Notes under the pieces: generated by a model | Databases searched by the model: none | The model's input: the letters and a program-made list of their open reading frames with translations, nothing else | What the model was told of the DNA's origin: nothing | Shown: piece by piece, positions 1 to 13,100 of the stretch | Layout: each line of letters starts with the position of its first letter | Position numbering within the stretch: the stretch's first letter is position 1 | Source of the DNA: Antedon mediterranea | Taxonomy: Eukaryota > Animalia > Echinodermata | NCBI RefSeq assembly: GCF_964355755.1 | Contig: NC_092674.1 | Span: 26,722,001 to 26,786,000, forward strand | Reading direction: 5' to 3' | Length of the DNA stretch: 64,000 nt | Position numbers and translations under genes: made by a program

Positions 1-42
1 AGGCTCTTTTGAATATGTAAGTTTTAAAAATACATTCGTTAA

Positions 43-216
43 AGCTTGGTTCCCACTAATGACGCAACGTAACGCAACCCAACGACGTATTGACGCAAAA
101 TGGGAACCCGGACGACGCAACAATGCTGCAAACATCGCAGGTTTGAAAACAATTGGAAGGGCTTTCCTACGTTGCGTAGGTTGCGTTACGTTGCATCGCC
201 AGTGGGAACCAAGCAT
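43..216. mobile_element. MITE family B (TIR AGCTTGGTTCCCACT, PIF/Harbinger-like)
   Basis: Terminal inverted repeats with internal acgcaac palindromic repeats; related copies elsewhere in the window. Confidence 0.75.
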
Positions 217-1120
217 AGCACGCAACACATTTAATGTCTGAAAGGATTCATCGTGCATTCCTCTTGGGCACCTTGATTTATCATTCTGTAAAAATTAATA
301 TGATTTTTTTTCTTTTTATAGTTAAAACAAATTAGTCGCTACCAGAAATATGAAGATTGTCGAGACGTCCGAGTGTCAATAGAATTTTGTATTTGTCGTC
401 AGTTCTCGTCGGACACTCCTTGAACATCAGACTCACAATTTCGACTGTTTTACTGTCAAACATAACGTAACAACCACGTTATAAAATGGTGACTGTAGAC
501 TCGAGACAATTTGAAACAGATCAGATTTACAAACACTAACGCTGATAAAGAGGTGGCAAAATCTTACAGACTTTTGATTTTAGTGTGATATTGTAAAGGG
601 TGCTACTAGTATTTTAAGAGCCGTTATTTTTGTACGCAATAGATGGATCTGGTGTGCGTGAGTTGCAATTGTGTCACAAACTTGTTTAAATAAAGACTTC
701 TTAAACATTAAGACAGTTGTTTGTTTGAATTTACCAAATCATAATTATTTCAGGAACCAGGGGAAAGTATTGCAGTGTATTTTTTTTGTTTTTTTTTTCG
801 GCCTGGAGTATGAATAATTTCATCAAAGAATCTTATATTGTCGGTGACGCCACGATTTAAAATAGGAAATACTGTAGCTTGTTAATATTAAACCAAAAAA
901 AGACCCTAACTTATATTTAGGTAATAACAGAAATACGTCCCGTGCCTAAATCCACCAGGAGAGACTCATTGTCTAAACTAAATCAAAGATTGTAGACTGA
1001 ATGTACAATACCGCCCTCTATAAAAGGGTAAAGGGTGGTTAATTTGAATTTTAATTTCGAGGCTCGGAAGCCATCATTCAACGTTCATAAGATTTAATAT
1101 CTAGGATTTGAAGTTGAAAA

Positions 1121-4100
1121 ATGGCCTTTTCTAAGTCAAAATTGAAAAGGTTCAATGAAATTGTCCGTAAGTAAATATTAATATTACATAAATATGCATT
1201 TCATGTCATAAAATAGGCCTTAATATCTGCTAAAAGCTATGCTTCTTCTTGGCTGTAGTAGATAGAGTTAGCCTAGGCTAGGCCTAGTAAGCCAAGCAGT
1301 CCAGTGTGTGTAGTGTGACTCTCCTCTGTGTGTGTCATGTGCTGTCCTGCGTGAGTGACCGTCTACACTGGGGCCTGCTAAGGGTTAGGCATAGATAAGG
1401 GCCTAGCTAGGCCTAGGGTACTGTATATCTAGCCAGGTTAAGCCCAGCCAGTCAAGCTAGTTATAGGCCATGCATGGAGCTTAAATTATTGCTCCCACGG
1501 CATGTGCTAATAAATATGTAAATTTTCAAATGCAATATTGCTTTTTTTTTTGTAAATATTAAAATAATTTACAGTATTTTAAGACCTCGCTCAATGGAAT
1601 ATTTGTTAAATAATATTATATAAAATTAATGGTCATAAATAACTATATTTTTGGTATTTTTCTTTTTTGATGAAATAATGTTTTTGATAAAAAATTACCT
1701 GTCTACTGAGGTGTGTAGTGTCAAAGACCGAATCAAATTGAATTTACAGACATTAAATATGTTTTAATAGGACTACCAGGCCCAGTAGAAAGTACCTCCT
1801 TTGTAGCTGTACTGTAGCTAAGTACTAAATAGGCTATATAATCCTAATTTTAACATTTTTTTAAACATTTAAAGCGTGTGGCCCTCCAGTTGGGAAATAC
1901 GATGTTACCCTTCAACAGAAAGCTGGAATTGCATGCTTTGACAAATCCGAAAGGTTTAAGCTGCCTAAAGGTTGGTTTGAAAAACATATTTGTTTACACA
2001 TCATCATTGCCCAACTCCTAGGAAAACCACACTACTAATACTATAGATGCCTTGCATGCCGGCTAGCTTCTGAATTATCACAAAACTGCTGTAAAGCCTG
2101 TCAAACCTTAATACAAAAAAAAGTTTGCTAATATAGATAAAATAATACCTTTAAAAATGTATGTAACATAGTAGATGTGACCCGGAACACCTGGGTATAC
2201 AGATTCCAAGTTGGTACTTTGCTGGAAAGTCATAAATAATAAACACTAGATTTAATTTTTTATAATAATGTATTTTTAACACATGATTTTTATTCGTTTC
2301 TGTATACAGAACCTCTTAATAACAGTTCTATGCTACGGCCATCAATGTCAATGGATTCATTGTTATTAGAGACACCAGCAAAAAAGCTATTTCAAAATGG
2401 AATCAAGGTATTGTATAGGCGTTTCATACTGAATGATCTTCACGTTCGGATTACATCTTTTTATAATGTGAACAGGTGTTAAAGCTCTGTCTACACTATC
2501 AAAATAGTTTGAAGAAAAAAGTGTGATGTACCCAAATACGGTAGTGGTATGCCCAAATATGGTATTGATATGACATCATCATGTCCATATATGAATGAGG
2601 GCACATCACATATTTTTGTCACATACAGTTTGATAGTGTGGACAGGGCTTAAGACAGTAATTGCTTCAGTTTGTAATGCATTCACACAGGTTTACATTAA
2701 ACATTGTTTATTTTCTTACTATAGAATTCTGTAAAAGGAAAAAAGACCAGTACCCCGTGTATAATGGATAATAGAAAAGTTTCAGATTTAGAAAAGGAGG
2801 TTTGTAGATTATATTTTACTTTCAGGGATGAACTCTAGTTTTACATTTATTTTCATCATTTTAGCATTTAAATGGTTAACCTAAAGCTCTGTCTATTCTA
2901 CACTATCAAACTAGTTTGTGTGAGGTGCCCAAATATGGTAATGATATGCCAAAATATGGTAGTGATATGCCAAAATATGGTAGTGATGACATCATGTGCA
3001 CATCACATTTTTTTTCACATAAAGTTTGTTAGTGTAGACTTAATAATACTTTCTAATTTCTTTTGTTTAGTGTAGAAAAAATATTTATCTACTATCTATC
3101 ATCGTTCGTTATACTAGTATAAACAGGACTTTAATTTCACTGTAATAATACCCAACATAGAAATCCTCTTAAAGAACTTCCAATTAAAAATGTTTTCATT
3201 TGACTAAATTTACAATAGATTCAATGTCAAATCAAACTTAGAAACATAATCTTGATTATAATTGTAGATAAGACAGCTTTTGCTACAGCGGACTGAACAA
3301 GACAAACAACTAAGCAAAAAGCAGTGCGAATGCCAAAAACTAGACAGCCGATTGCTATCCACTCTGCAAGAGAAGAGTGGCCTTGAAGCTAGCCTAGCAA
3401 CAGCGGAGAAAGAATTGGCAAGCATGAGGAAAGCCAAGGAGGTTCTCACCAATAAGGTATGCATGTCATGCAGTTACTGCAGTAACTCCATTTTGTTGTT
3501 CTTTAACCTGTTAATGCAATTATTTAGTTTTTTGGGTACATACACTGTTTACTGCAATAAAATAATATTTATATATATATCTATTGTTTGGTAACAGGGG
3601 GTTTCTACTGTGCTTCATAGATCCCCCTTTCCATTCTTTTGTTTTGTAATGATTATTTATGGTTTTGTGAATAGATTAAAGAAACAAACAAACAAACAAA
3701 AATAATTAATAAACTTCTACATTGAACTAAACTGAAATCATACATTATTGCAGGGAAAATACTATATAGTTACTTCAGCAACTGCAGTAGAATATTAATA
3801 TGAAGCCTGTTTTGAAAGATTGATTTAATGTTTTAACTAGTGACTACACTACACTATGGTGTGATTACATTGTTTACATTTCAGGTTGATTTGACAGAAA
3901 TCAATTTTCACAAGAAACAAGAAGAAATGCAGAACAAAATACAAGAACTAACAAATATAGTAAAAGATAAAGAAAAGGTAATTACAGTTAATAAAAAAAA
4001 CTGGTAAATTTAACAGAATAATTGCAGTTGTATTATTTGATAGGTTAGTAAATTTATATAGCGCAGTAGTAGAAAATTAATTTGTCATTAATATTAATTT

Positions 4101-7100
4101 ATCTATTTTTTTTATAAAGGAGATGAGCAAACTTCAAGATAACTTAACATATCAAGTGTGCCACCTACAGGCCGACCTCGAAGAAACATCTAGCAAAATG
4201 AAGGCACTGGAGGAAACAAAAACGATCCAGGGTAAAATTTTAAATGATTCTATTTGCATTGGCTGCCTATTAGTAATGTAATGTATGAATATAGGCTTCT
4301 TCATGATTTAATCCAGACGTATCTTTTTTAATTAAAAAAATTAATTATTCTTTCCTCAGAAAATCTTACAAAAGATGCTCAGAAATATTCTGAAGAAATT
4401 GAGATGCAAGTTACTCAGTTACAAGGTAACTTCTCAAGAAATTTTTTTGGAGCCTTATTATTTTTTTCAAAATCTTACACAGCTTGTGGAAGTAAATGGC
4501 AGATCCAATATTTTGAAATAGGGGGCCCGGTGCCTAAAAATGGTGAAATGTAGGGTTGAGCTTAGTGGTATTTGATGTCATATCTTTTTCATTACAATTT
4601 GTGAAATGTTACCCCTTGGATCCACCCCTGGAAGTCTCATAATTGTTAGAGAAATATCACAGAATTAGCAGAAATCTCTTTCAAGAGTTTGGAAGAAGCT
4701 AGGTGTATTTACTGAATTCTGTATTATTTCTAAATATTTTCAGGCATTATAAGTCAAATAAGATCAAAAAATGTTGGGTTACAGCAAGATTTGACTGAGG
4801 CATTATCAAACAAGGACGTAAGAATATGTTTCTTTAATATTCAGGAGAAAATTAGTTATAGAAACAAAGCAAATAAATAATAGTATTTGTATTGTATAAG
4901 CAGTTCTTATTTCAACTAGCGACTTTAAAATCCTTACAGATGTTGTCAGCTGAGAACTCTGAACTTAAAAATGTAATCGGTGAAGTAAAAGCAGAACTTG
5001 AGAATTCTAGAGAGTTGTTGAAAAAACACAGGTAAGAGCTTAATGAATCAAATCCAGATATAGCTTCTAATTTCTCTCGTTTATTGGTTAAGTCTAGCCC
5101 ACAACTACCATACTTGGACAGAACTGGGGTATTTTAAGTTCTACTATCAGTAGAACCCACTCCTTTGCGACACCCCTATTAAAGGACACTTTCTTTGTCT
5201 TATGAATAAGGGAAAATACATACGAGTATGGTATTCAGGGGACACATCAATTAAGAGGACACTTTGTTGAGTTGCTTCCTTATTAGGGGACATCTTTCTA
5301 ATTATATTCATGTTTTTAATAGTCATGATGAAGAACTGGCATCACAACAATTGGAAGATGCTGAACAAACTATCAAAGATCTTCAGCAACGTGTGAATGA
5401 TGGGGATTCAAGAATTGAAGCTCTAAATAAAAACATCAACACTTCCGATAAAAGACTAGAAGATGAAACTGCAAGAGCAGATGATGCCAAGAACCAGGTT
5501 GCTATGGTGACAGAGAAGCTTGAGAGGTTAGTAATTTTTGTTTAAAAAAAAAATTTAATCCAAACATTTTACAAAAAGAAACTAAGTATAAATATGAAGA
5601 AACAAAAGTAATACAATCTTATTTTTATTTTATTCCACATTTATTCAGTTAAGAATAACTGAGACGCTCATTAGAAGCAAAAGCTTGTCTCATGAGGACC
5701 CTACAATACATATGATACATGGAAAGAAAATCTAACATAATAATAACAAGGCCAACAGCCATTAAGTTGCGTGCTACAATGCATAGTGATACCGGACCGA
5801 CAGACAAACAGACCGACATAGTGAACTATAGAGTCGCGTCCACGCGACTAAAAAGGCATAATTTTGACGAATTTTTGAACTTTTTCATCAAAAACGTGCG
5901 CAAATTATCCAATTCAACGTGCTCGTATGACGTAATTTTAAGTCGAAATTGTTTAAAAGTTGGTAAAATTATTATAAAAGGCTGCAAAAACATAAATCAC
6001 ATGAAAAAAGTATGTATTTAACGCTACGTGCGCACTGCACGCGTAAAAATTTGCGCGCGTATGGGAATTTTTGACATGCTCAAAATGACAAGAAACGCGT
6101 AGAAAGTTTATTAAAAATTAATTTTGCGCATTTTAAATGCGCGTGCGCGCGTAACTTTCTGTATAACACACATTTTTTTTCAACAGAAAGTTAGCGCCTG
6201 ATATAAATTAAACTTTTGCAAAGTTTCAATTTAAAATAATGTTTGGTTTTTGACCTATGTTAAATACGAGAAAATCGTTAAATCGCGCATAAATCACGTT
6301 GCGCAACTCTAACGTCATTCACAATAGGAGGTGCACAATTTCACGTAAATGCCCACATGTTGACATCAAAACAGTTAAAAAAGTACAGAAAAGCGATAAA
6401 ACGCATAGTGATACCGGACCGACAGACAGACCGACCGACATAGTGAACTATAGAGTCGCATCCACGCGACTAAAAAGGCATAATATTATTAGCATAATAC
6501 AAAATGACTGTCATGTCACTGCACCTTTACAGATCTACTACAATACATATGATACATAAAGAACACCTAATGCAAAAATAATAAAAAGATACAATGTTAA
6601 GCATATTATATATATTATTATATATCATTTTTTTATATTTTAATATAGGACAGAGAAGGCCATGAATGAAAACGTAGAAGCTCTCTCAACCAAGTATCAA
6701 CTATTGGAAGAAGAGTACACAGCATGTCAGACAGAGAGACAGCAAGAAACCGCACAATTGAGGTTTGAGCTTGATGCCATTAACAGCACATCAGCAGAGC
6801 TTGAAGTTGAACGTGATGGATTACAGAAGAACAATAAAGAGCTGACAGAAAACCTAGATAAACATTGTGTAAGTGATTAATACTGTGCGTTCTGTGTCAA
6901 CACTTCTCTCTGCTTAAACAAGATGCAGTGGTGTAACAGAGACCTCAGGCCCCTAGTTTAGGAACTCTAAGTGGCCCCCTAACGCTAAAGGTCTCAGGCG
7001 TTTTTAGTCTGTTTCAACATATTTTAATGCCTGTGCACTGCTCAGGGGGGCCCCCTGGGTTTAAGGCCCATTCACACTAGGACGATAACGATCGACGATA

Positions 7101-10100
7101 AATATATAAGCATGCATTTTTTTAACATAAAACAAAAGAAATTAGAAAGGGTTTCGTTCTAGGACTATAGGATAATCATGTATGCTTTATTTGATAAAAA
7201 TAATATTTTTGAAAATTCAATCAAATAACGTCATGATCAATAAAACAATAAAATCGTTGTAACGATATTATTGCTCTTACTAATCATGACGTTATTTGAT
7301 TGGACGTGTGGAAATATTATTTTCATTAAAGGCAGCATAGATGGTTATTCTATAGTTCTAGAATGAAAATGTTTTATATTTCTTTTATTTTATGTATGAA
7401 AAATGCAAATTATTGTCTATTATCGTCGATCGTTATCGCCCTAGTGTGAATGGGCCTTAAGCCAGTGAGCGCTTATAGATGTTATGCCACTAAGAAAGAT
7501 GTTTATGTTGCAGGAAATTAATGTTGAACTTCAAGATCAATTGGAAAAAGCAGAAGAGAGGATTGAAGAAGTGAGACAGACACTTGAAGAACAAAAAGAA
7601 CAGGTAACTATTAAAAACTATTAAACTAAAGTAACCTTAAATTTAAATCTACCGATAAAGTGTGTAATTTTTATAAATTTTCTTTCCTTAGGCGGAGAAT
7701 GACATTCTAGTTTTTAAGGAAGCAAAAAATAGTTTGATGACCATAAACGCGGATTTGGAATCGAAGATGAAATCACTAGAAGACGAAAATACATTGTTAC
7801 ACAAAGATCTGTCACGGTAATTAACCGGTTTTTCTAGTCACAATTGTTATTGTTAAGGCTGGTTTCTATAAAGAAGTAACACACATATTTGTCTGCATTT
7901 GTATTCCACCTTAGCCTAGCTCACCATTGTTTCATCGACAGCCTAGGCCATTTTTAATTAACGTCAAATTTTGAACCTTTGCCGTAATCCGATTTGGGTA
8001 AACTTTTCATACATGTTTTTTGAGACCATATTTTATTGTAATTCATCAACAAATTTTTTCTTGGGTAATGAAACAGGTATCAATTCCTATGGTAATAAAT
8101 GCAGTATTTTTATTTAATGTTGTAGTCATGCAGAGACATTTGAGGAGATGACAAAGGATAAGACGTTATTACTGAATAAAATGAGCGATCTCAGTGTACA
8201 GAAACAAGAATTGATTAACACCAAACACAAACTGATCAAGTAAGTGATTTGATTTTATTAATTTATTGATTATTATTGATTAGATATATAATAGATATTT
8301 AATGTTGAGGTTTATTGAAACTGTTGGTCAAAATGTTTTTTTTAATACAATACTTATCTATAAATGGAAAATCCATTAAAGGGACATGTTCTATGTAAAG
8401 GTCCCCGTTATCTTCATTGGTTATATCCTTTCAAATGAACAAGTCTTTTGAATAACCCATGTGCCAAAATAGGTATGATGTACCTTTAAGGAGATATTGG
8501 TCAGTCCCCTTAATAGATGTCATATTAAGGGGACAATTTAAAATGAGTGTTCTTTCGACTCCTCCAGGAGCCTAAATAGTTACACTGTAAATGTGCTCTA
8601 GCATATATTTATTTAATTGTTACATTGTATATCATTTGGGCCAAAGGTCATTATAATAAATGTTTCTTGGATCATTCCAAGAAAGAAAGTATGGAATGGA
8701 AATGTTGTAAAAATGATTCACACTTTTATTTTAATTATTCCAGAGAATCTGAAACACAACAAGAGCAAAGTAATGTGTTACAAGTGGATTTAGAAAACCT
8801 TAAGAAAGCTAAAGAGATGGTATTAGAACTAAAAGAGAAGGAAAAGGAAGACATGACAGAGCAATTGGCCAACATACAGGATGAATTACAGAGGGTAAAA
8901 CAAGAGTTTGCTAAACGACTCGTCGATACTCAAACAAAGTGCTCGTCTAAAGAGGCCGAAGTTGAAAGGTGAAATATCAGATTAGCAATATGAAAAATGA
9001 TTTCCAAATTCTACTTCCATAATGTTATAACACTATCCATTCATTCAAACTAAAATGATTTGTTATGCGTAATTAACCAATCAAATGGCAAATATACAGT
9101 CGGGTTTTATAATATGCTTTGTCACCCTTAATCACATCTTTCTTTATAAGATTTTTTTTTAAATCACTATGTTTTCTCTTAGGCTTGCCAATCAGATTGA
9201 ATCTCTACTAGAAAATCTGCAGACAACTTATAATGACAAAGAACAACTACAACAAACGATAGAAGTTGTAGAGAAGGAGAAGACAGAACTGCAGCAGACG
9301 ATAGAAGATGTACAGAAGGAGAAGACAGAACTACAGCAGAGGATAGATGATGTACAGAAGGAGAAGACAGAACTACAACAGACGATAGAAGATGTACAGA
9401 AGGAGAAGACAGAACTACAGCAGACGATAGATGATGTACAGAAGGAGAAGACAGAACTACAGCAGACGATAGAAGATGTACAGAAGGAGAAGACAGAACT
9501 ACAGCAGACAATAGATGATGTAGAGAAGGAGAAGACAGAACTACAGCAGACGATAGAAGATGTACAGAAGGAGAAGACAGAACTGCAGCAGACGATAGAT
9601 GATGTTGAGAAGGAGAAGACAGAACTGCAGCAGATGATAGATGATGTTGAGAAGGAGAAGACAGAACTACAGCAGACGATAGATGATGTTGAGAAGGAGA
9701 AGACAGAACAGCAGCAGATGATAGATGATGTTGAGAAGGAGAAGACAGAACTACAACAGACGATAGATGATGTACAGAAGGAGAAGACAGAACTGCAGCA
9801 GACGATAGATGATGTTGAGAAGGAGAAGACAGAACTACAGCAGACGATAGATGATGTTGAGAAGGAGAAGACAGAACTACAGCAGACGATAGATGATGTT
9901 GAGAAGGAGAAGACAGAACAGCAGCAGATGATAGATGATGTTGAGAAGGAGAAGACAGAACTACAACAGACGATAGATGATGTTGAGAATGAGAAGACAG
10001 AACTGCAGCAGACGATAGATGATGTTGAGAAGGAGAAGACAGAACTACAGCAGACGATAGATGATGTTGAGAAGGAGAAGACAGAACTACAGCAGACGAT

Positions 10101-13100
10101 AGATGATGTTGAGAAGGAGAAGACAGAACTACAGCAGACGATAGATGATGTACAGAAGGAGAAGACAGAACTACAGCAGAAGATAGAAGATGTTGAGAAG
10201 GAGAAGACAGAACTACAGCAGACGATAGATGATGTACAGAAGGAGAAGACAGAACTACAGCAGACGATAGATGATGTAGAGAAGGAGAAGACAGATCTAC
10301 AGCAGACGATAGATGATGTTGAGAAGGAGAAGACAGATCTACAGCAGACGATAGATGATGTTGAGAAGGAGAAGACAGATCTACAGCAGACGATAGATGA
10401 TGTTAAGAAGGAGAAGACAGAACTACAGCAGACGATAGATGATGTACAGAAGGAGAAGACAGAACTACAGCAGAAGATAGAAGATGTTGAGAAGGAGAAG
10501 ACAGAACTACAGCAATCGATAGATGATGTTGAGAAGGAGAAGACAGATCTACAGCAGACGATAGATGATGTTGAGAAGGAGAAGACAGAACTACAGCAGA
10601 CGATAGATGATATACAGAAGGAGATGGCAGAACTACAGCAGACGATAGATGATGTTGAGAAGGAGAAGACAGAACTGCAGCAGACGATAGATGATGTTGA
10701 GAATGAGAAGACAGAACTACAGCAGACGATAGAAGATGTTGAGAATGAGAAGACAGAACTGCAGCAGACGATAGATGATGTTGAGAATGAGAAGACAGAA
10801 CTACAGCAGACGATAGAAGATGTTGAGAATGAGAAGACAGAACTCTGTGACAAAATAACTCAACTTGAAAATAATAATCTCAGGTAAAAGTTTTTATATT
10901 TTTTGTTTTGTATACCCATATTATTCTTATTTATATTATTGTAAGTAAGCAAAAATGGTATGTTTTATGTAAAATTTTATATTGAAGTGGAGAGAAATTT
11001 TTTTTTTAAATAACCAGTAATTTGTACCATTTCAATCATGACAGTATTCAAGTTAAATTTGAAAACGAGCTGAAAATATATCAAGAAAAGATCAACAACT
11101 TTGAGAAAGAGTTAGTAGAAGCAGAAGAAAGTAAAGTAATGATTGAAAAAGAGATGGAAATTAGATTTAATCAAGAGATGTGCTCAATAAACGAGAAATA
11201 TGAAGAAAAGATTAGTACAATGCAAGATTCAGCAACTGAGATGGAATCGTATGTCCACAGGTAAGGTGATATTTTAATGCATTGTACAGTGCAAAATAAC
11301 AAGCTTTGTTTTTTTGTAGATATTTAAAATAGAAGCAGAAAACCAAAACGTTTTTTTCAAATACAGTAACCAATGATTTGCAATATTTCAATCTTGACAG
11401 TGTTCGAGTTACATTCGAAAACGAGCAGAAAATTTATCAAGAAAAGATCAACAACTTTGAGAAAGAATTAGTGGAAGCAGAAGAAAGTAAAGTAATGATT
11501 GAGAAAGAGATGAAAGCTAGACTAAATGAAGAGATACACTCATTAAAAGAGAAATATGAAGAAAGGATTGCTACAATGCAAGAAACTACATCTGAGATGG
11601 AATCTTATGTCCACAAGTAAGTTTTTATTTGTAACGCACCCAGGCAAGATAATAATAATAAATACTACATTTCTATAACGCCCTTTGCATGAATAATCAA
11701 GCTCAAAGGTGCTTTACATAGCACATTATTACCCCGGTCAATTTTTGGATCAAGCACTTATGGAAACATACTCCCATAATGCAGCTAGTAATCAGCGCAA
11801 AGTAGTGTCTTGATCTAACCGGGTGATGTTGATATTGTTAGCCAACATTAATTCATTGTTTATATTTTGTTAGTGGGTACAGTCAGTTGGTATGAAAATA
11901 ATTGTCAAACTTTCCACTTCTCTTCTTTCTAAATTCTTCATTTCTAATGTAATTATAGGTTGCAAGAGAAGGTACGCCATTTGAAAGATCACGTTCATGT
12001 TGAGCAAGATAACACAAGACAGTTAGTAAAAAATAATCAGAAATTAACTGATGAGAAGAGTACATTGAATTACAAAATATGTCAGCTTGAAGCTACAAAT
12101 AAGAGGTCAGATATGCTTATTAATAATACTTTTATTTTACTCTCAAAAGACAAAAAAATATTGTGTACACTTAAAAGTAGCATTAATATAAATTCCAACT
12201 TTATGTCAATGGTTTTACCAGATGTCTCTATCTAGGCAGTTACCTGAACCAGTACCAGTATATCATTTTGGCTGACCACTATTGAAGTTTGATGTGTGGT
12301 TGTAGTTAACTCATGGTCCAAGTTGAACGAGCTGCTAACTTTCCTTTTTCAGCCACTAAACAACAAGTCAGTCTCTGAGAACTGGAACCTCTTCCAAAAT
12401 TACAAATTTTAAGTTCAAATTTAATAATCAATTCATTAATTTTCCTTACACACAGTTTGGAGAATGGTGTGCAGGCATATACGTCAAGGGTTCAGCTTCT
12501 TACGATTGAGAAACAAGCCATGAGTGAGAAAATCAGTGACATTGAGAAAGAAAATAACACCCTCTCTAACAGTATAAGTGCTTTACAAGAAGAAGCTAGG
12601 TAGGTTATTTTTTTAGCCTTAAGCTCTGTCTGTCTGTCTACACTATCAAATTAGTTTGACAAAAAAAAAACTGTGATGTGCCTAAATATGGTAGTGATAT
12701 GCCCAAATATAGTAGTGATATGACATCACCATGTCCATGGCATATATAGGCACATCACATTTTTTTGTCACATAAAGTTTTATATTGTGGACAGAGCTTA
12801 ACCAAAATAAACATTCCTTTGAGGTCGCTAGAAGTTGTTTTTTTTAACCCTTTTTTTTTAATGAATGTTTTAAAACAGTAATCATGTGTGCAATGAAGCG
12901 AATACAGAAGCATATGAACAGGAGATTGAAAGGTAAATAAACTATGCTATTAATAGAAAGACATTTATAAATACTGAAATGGGAGGGGGCCTCTGACAAA
13001 GCGAATTGAGTTAAATGTTTAATAAGTTACCCCTAGATGGTTGGAAATGGTACTCTCACACAAAACATTCATGATAAATGGCGCTAGCAAAACACTTTTT

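Noticed and set aside
1040-1050. CHR cell-cycle element TTTGAA upstream of HMMR
   Set aside because: Plausible for a G2/M gene, but the hexamer is too common in this AT-rich sequence to support.
9250-10845. CRISPR-like regular array
   Set aside because: Units are contiguous with no unique spacers, they are protein-coding, and the context is eukaryotic with no cas genes.
9228-10853. 541-aa minus-strand ORF (SSIVCCSSVFSF repeats)
   Set aside because: Antisense shadow of the HMMR 42-bp repeat; the plus frame has splice sites and continues the coiled coil.
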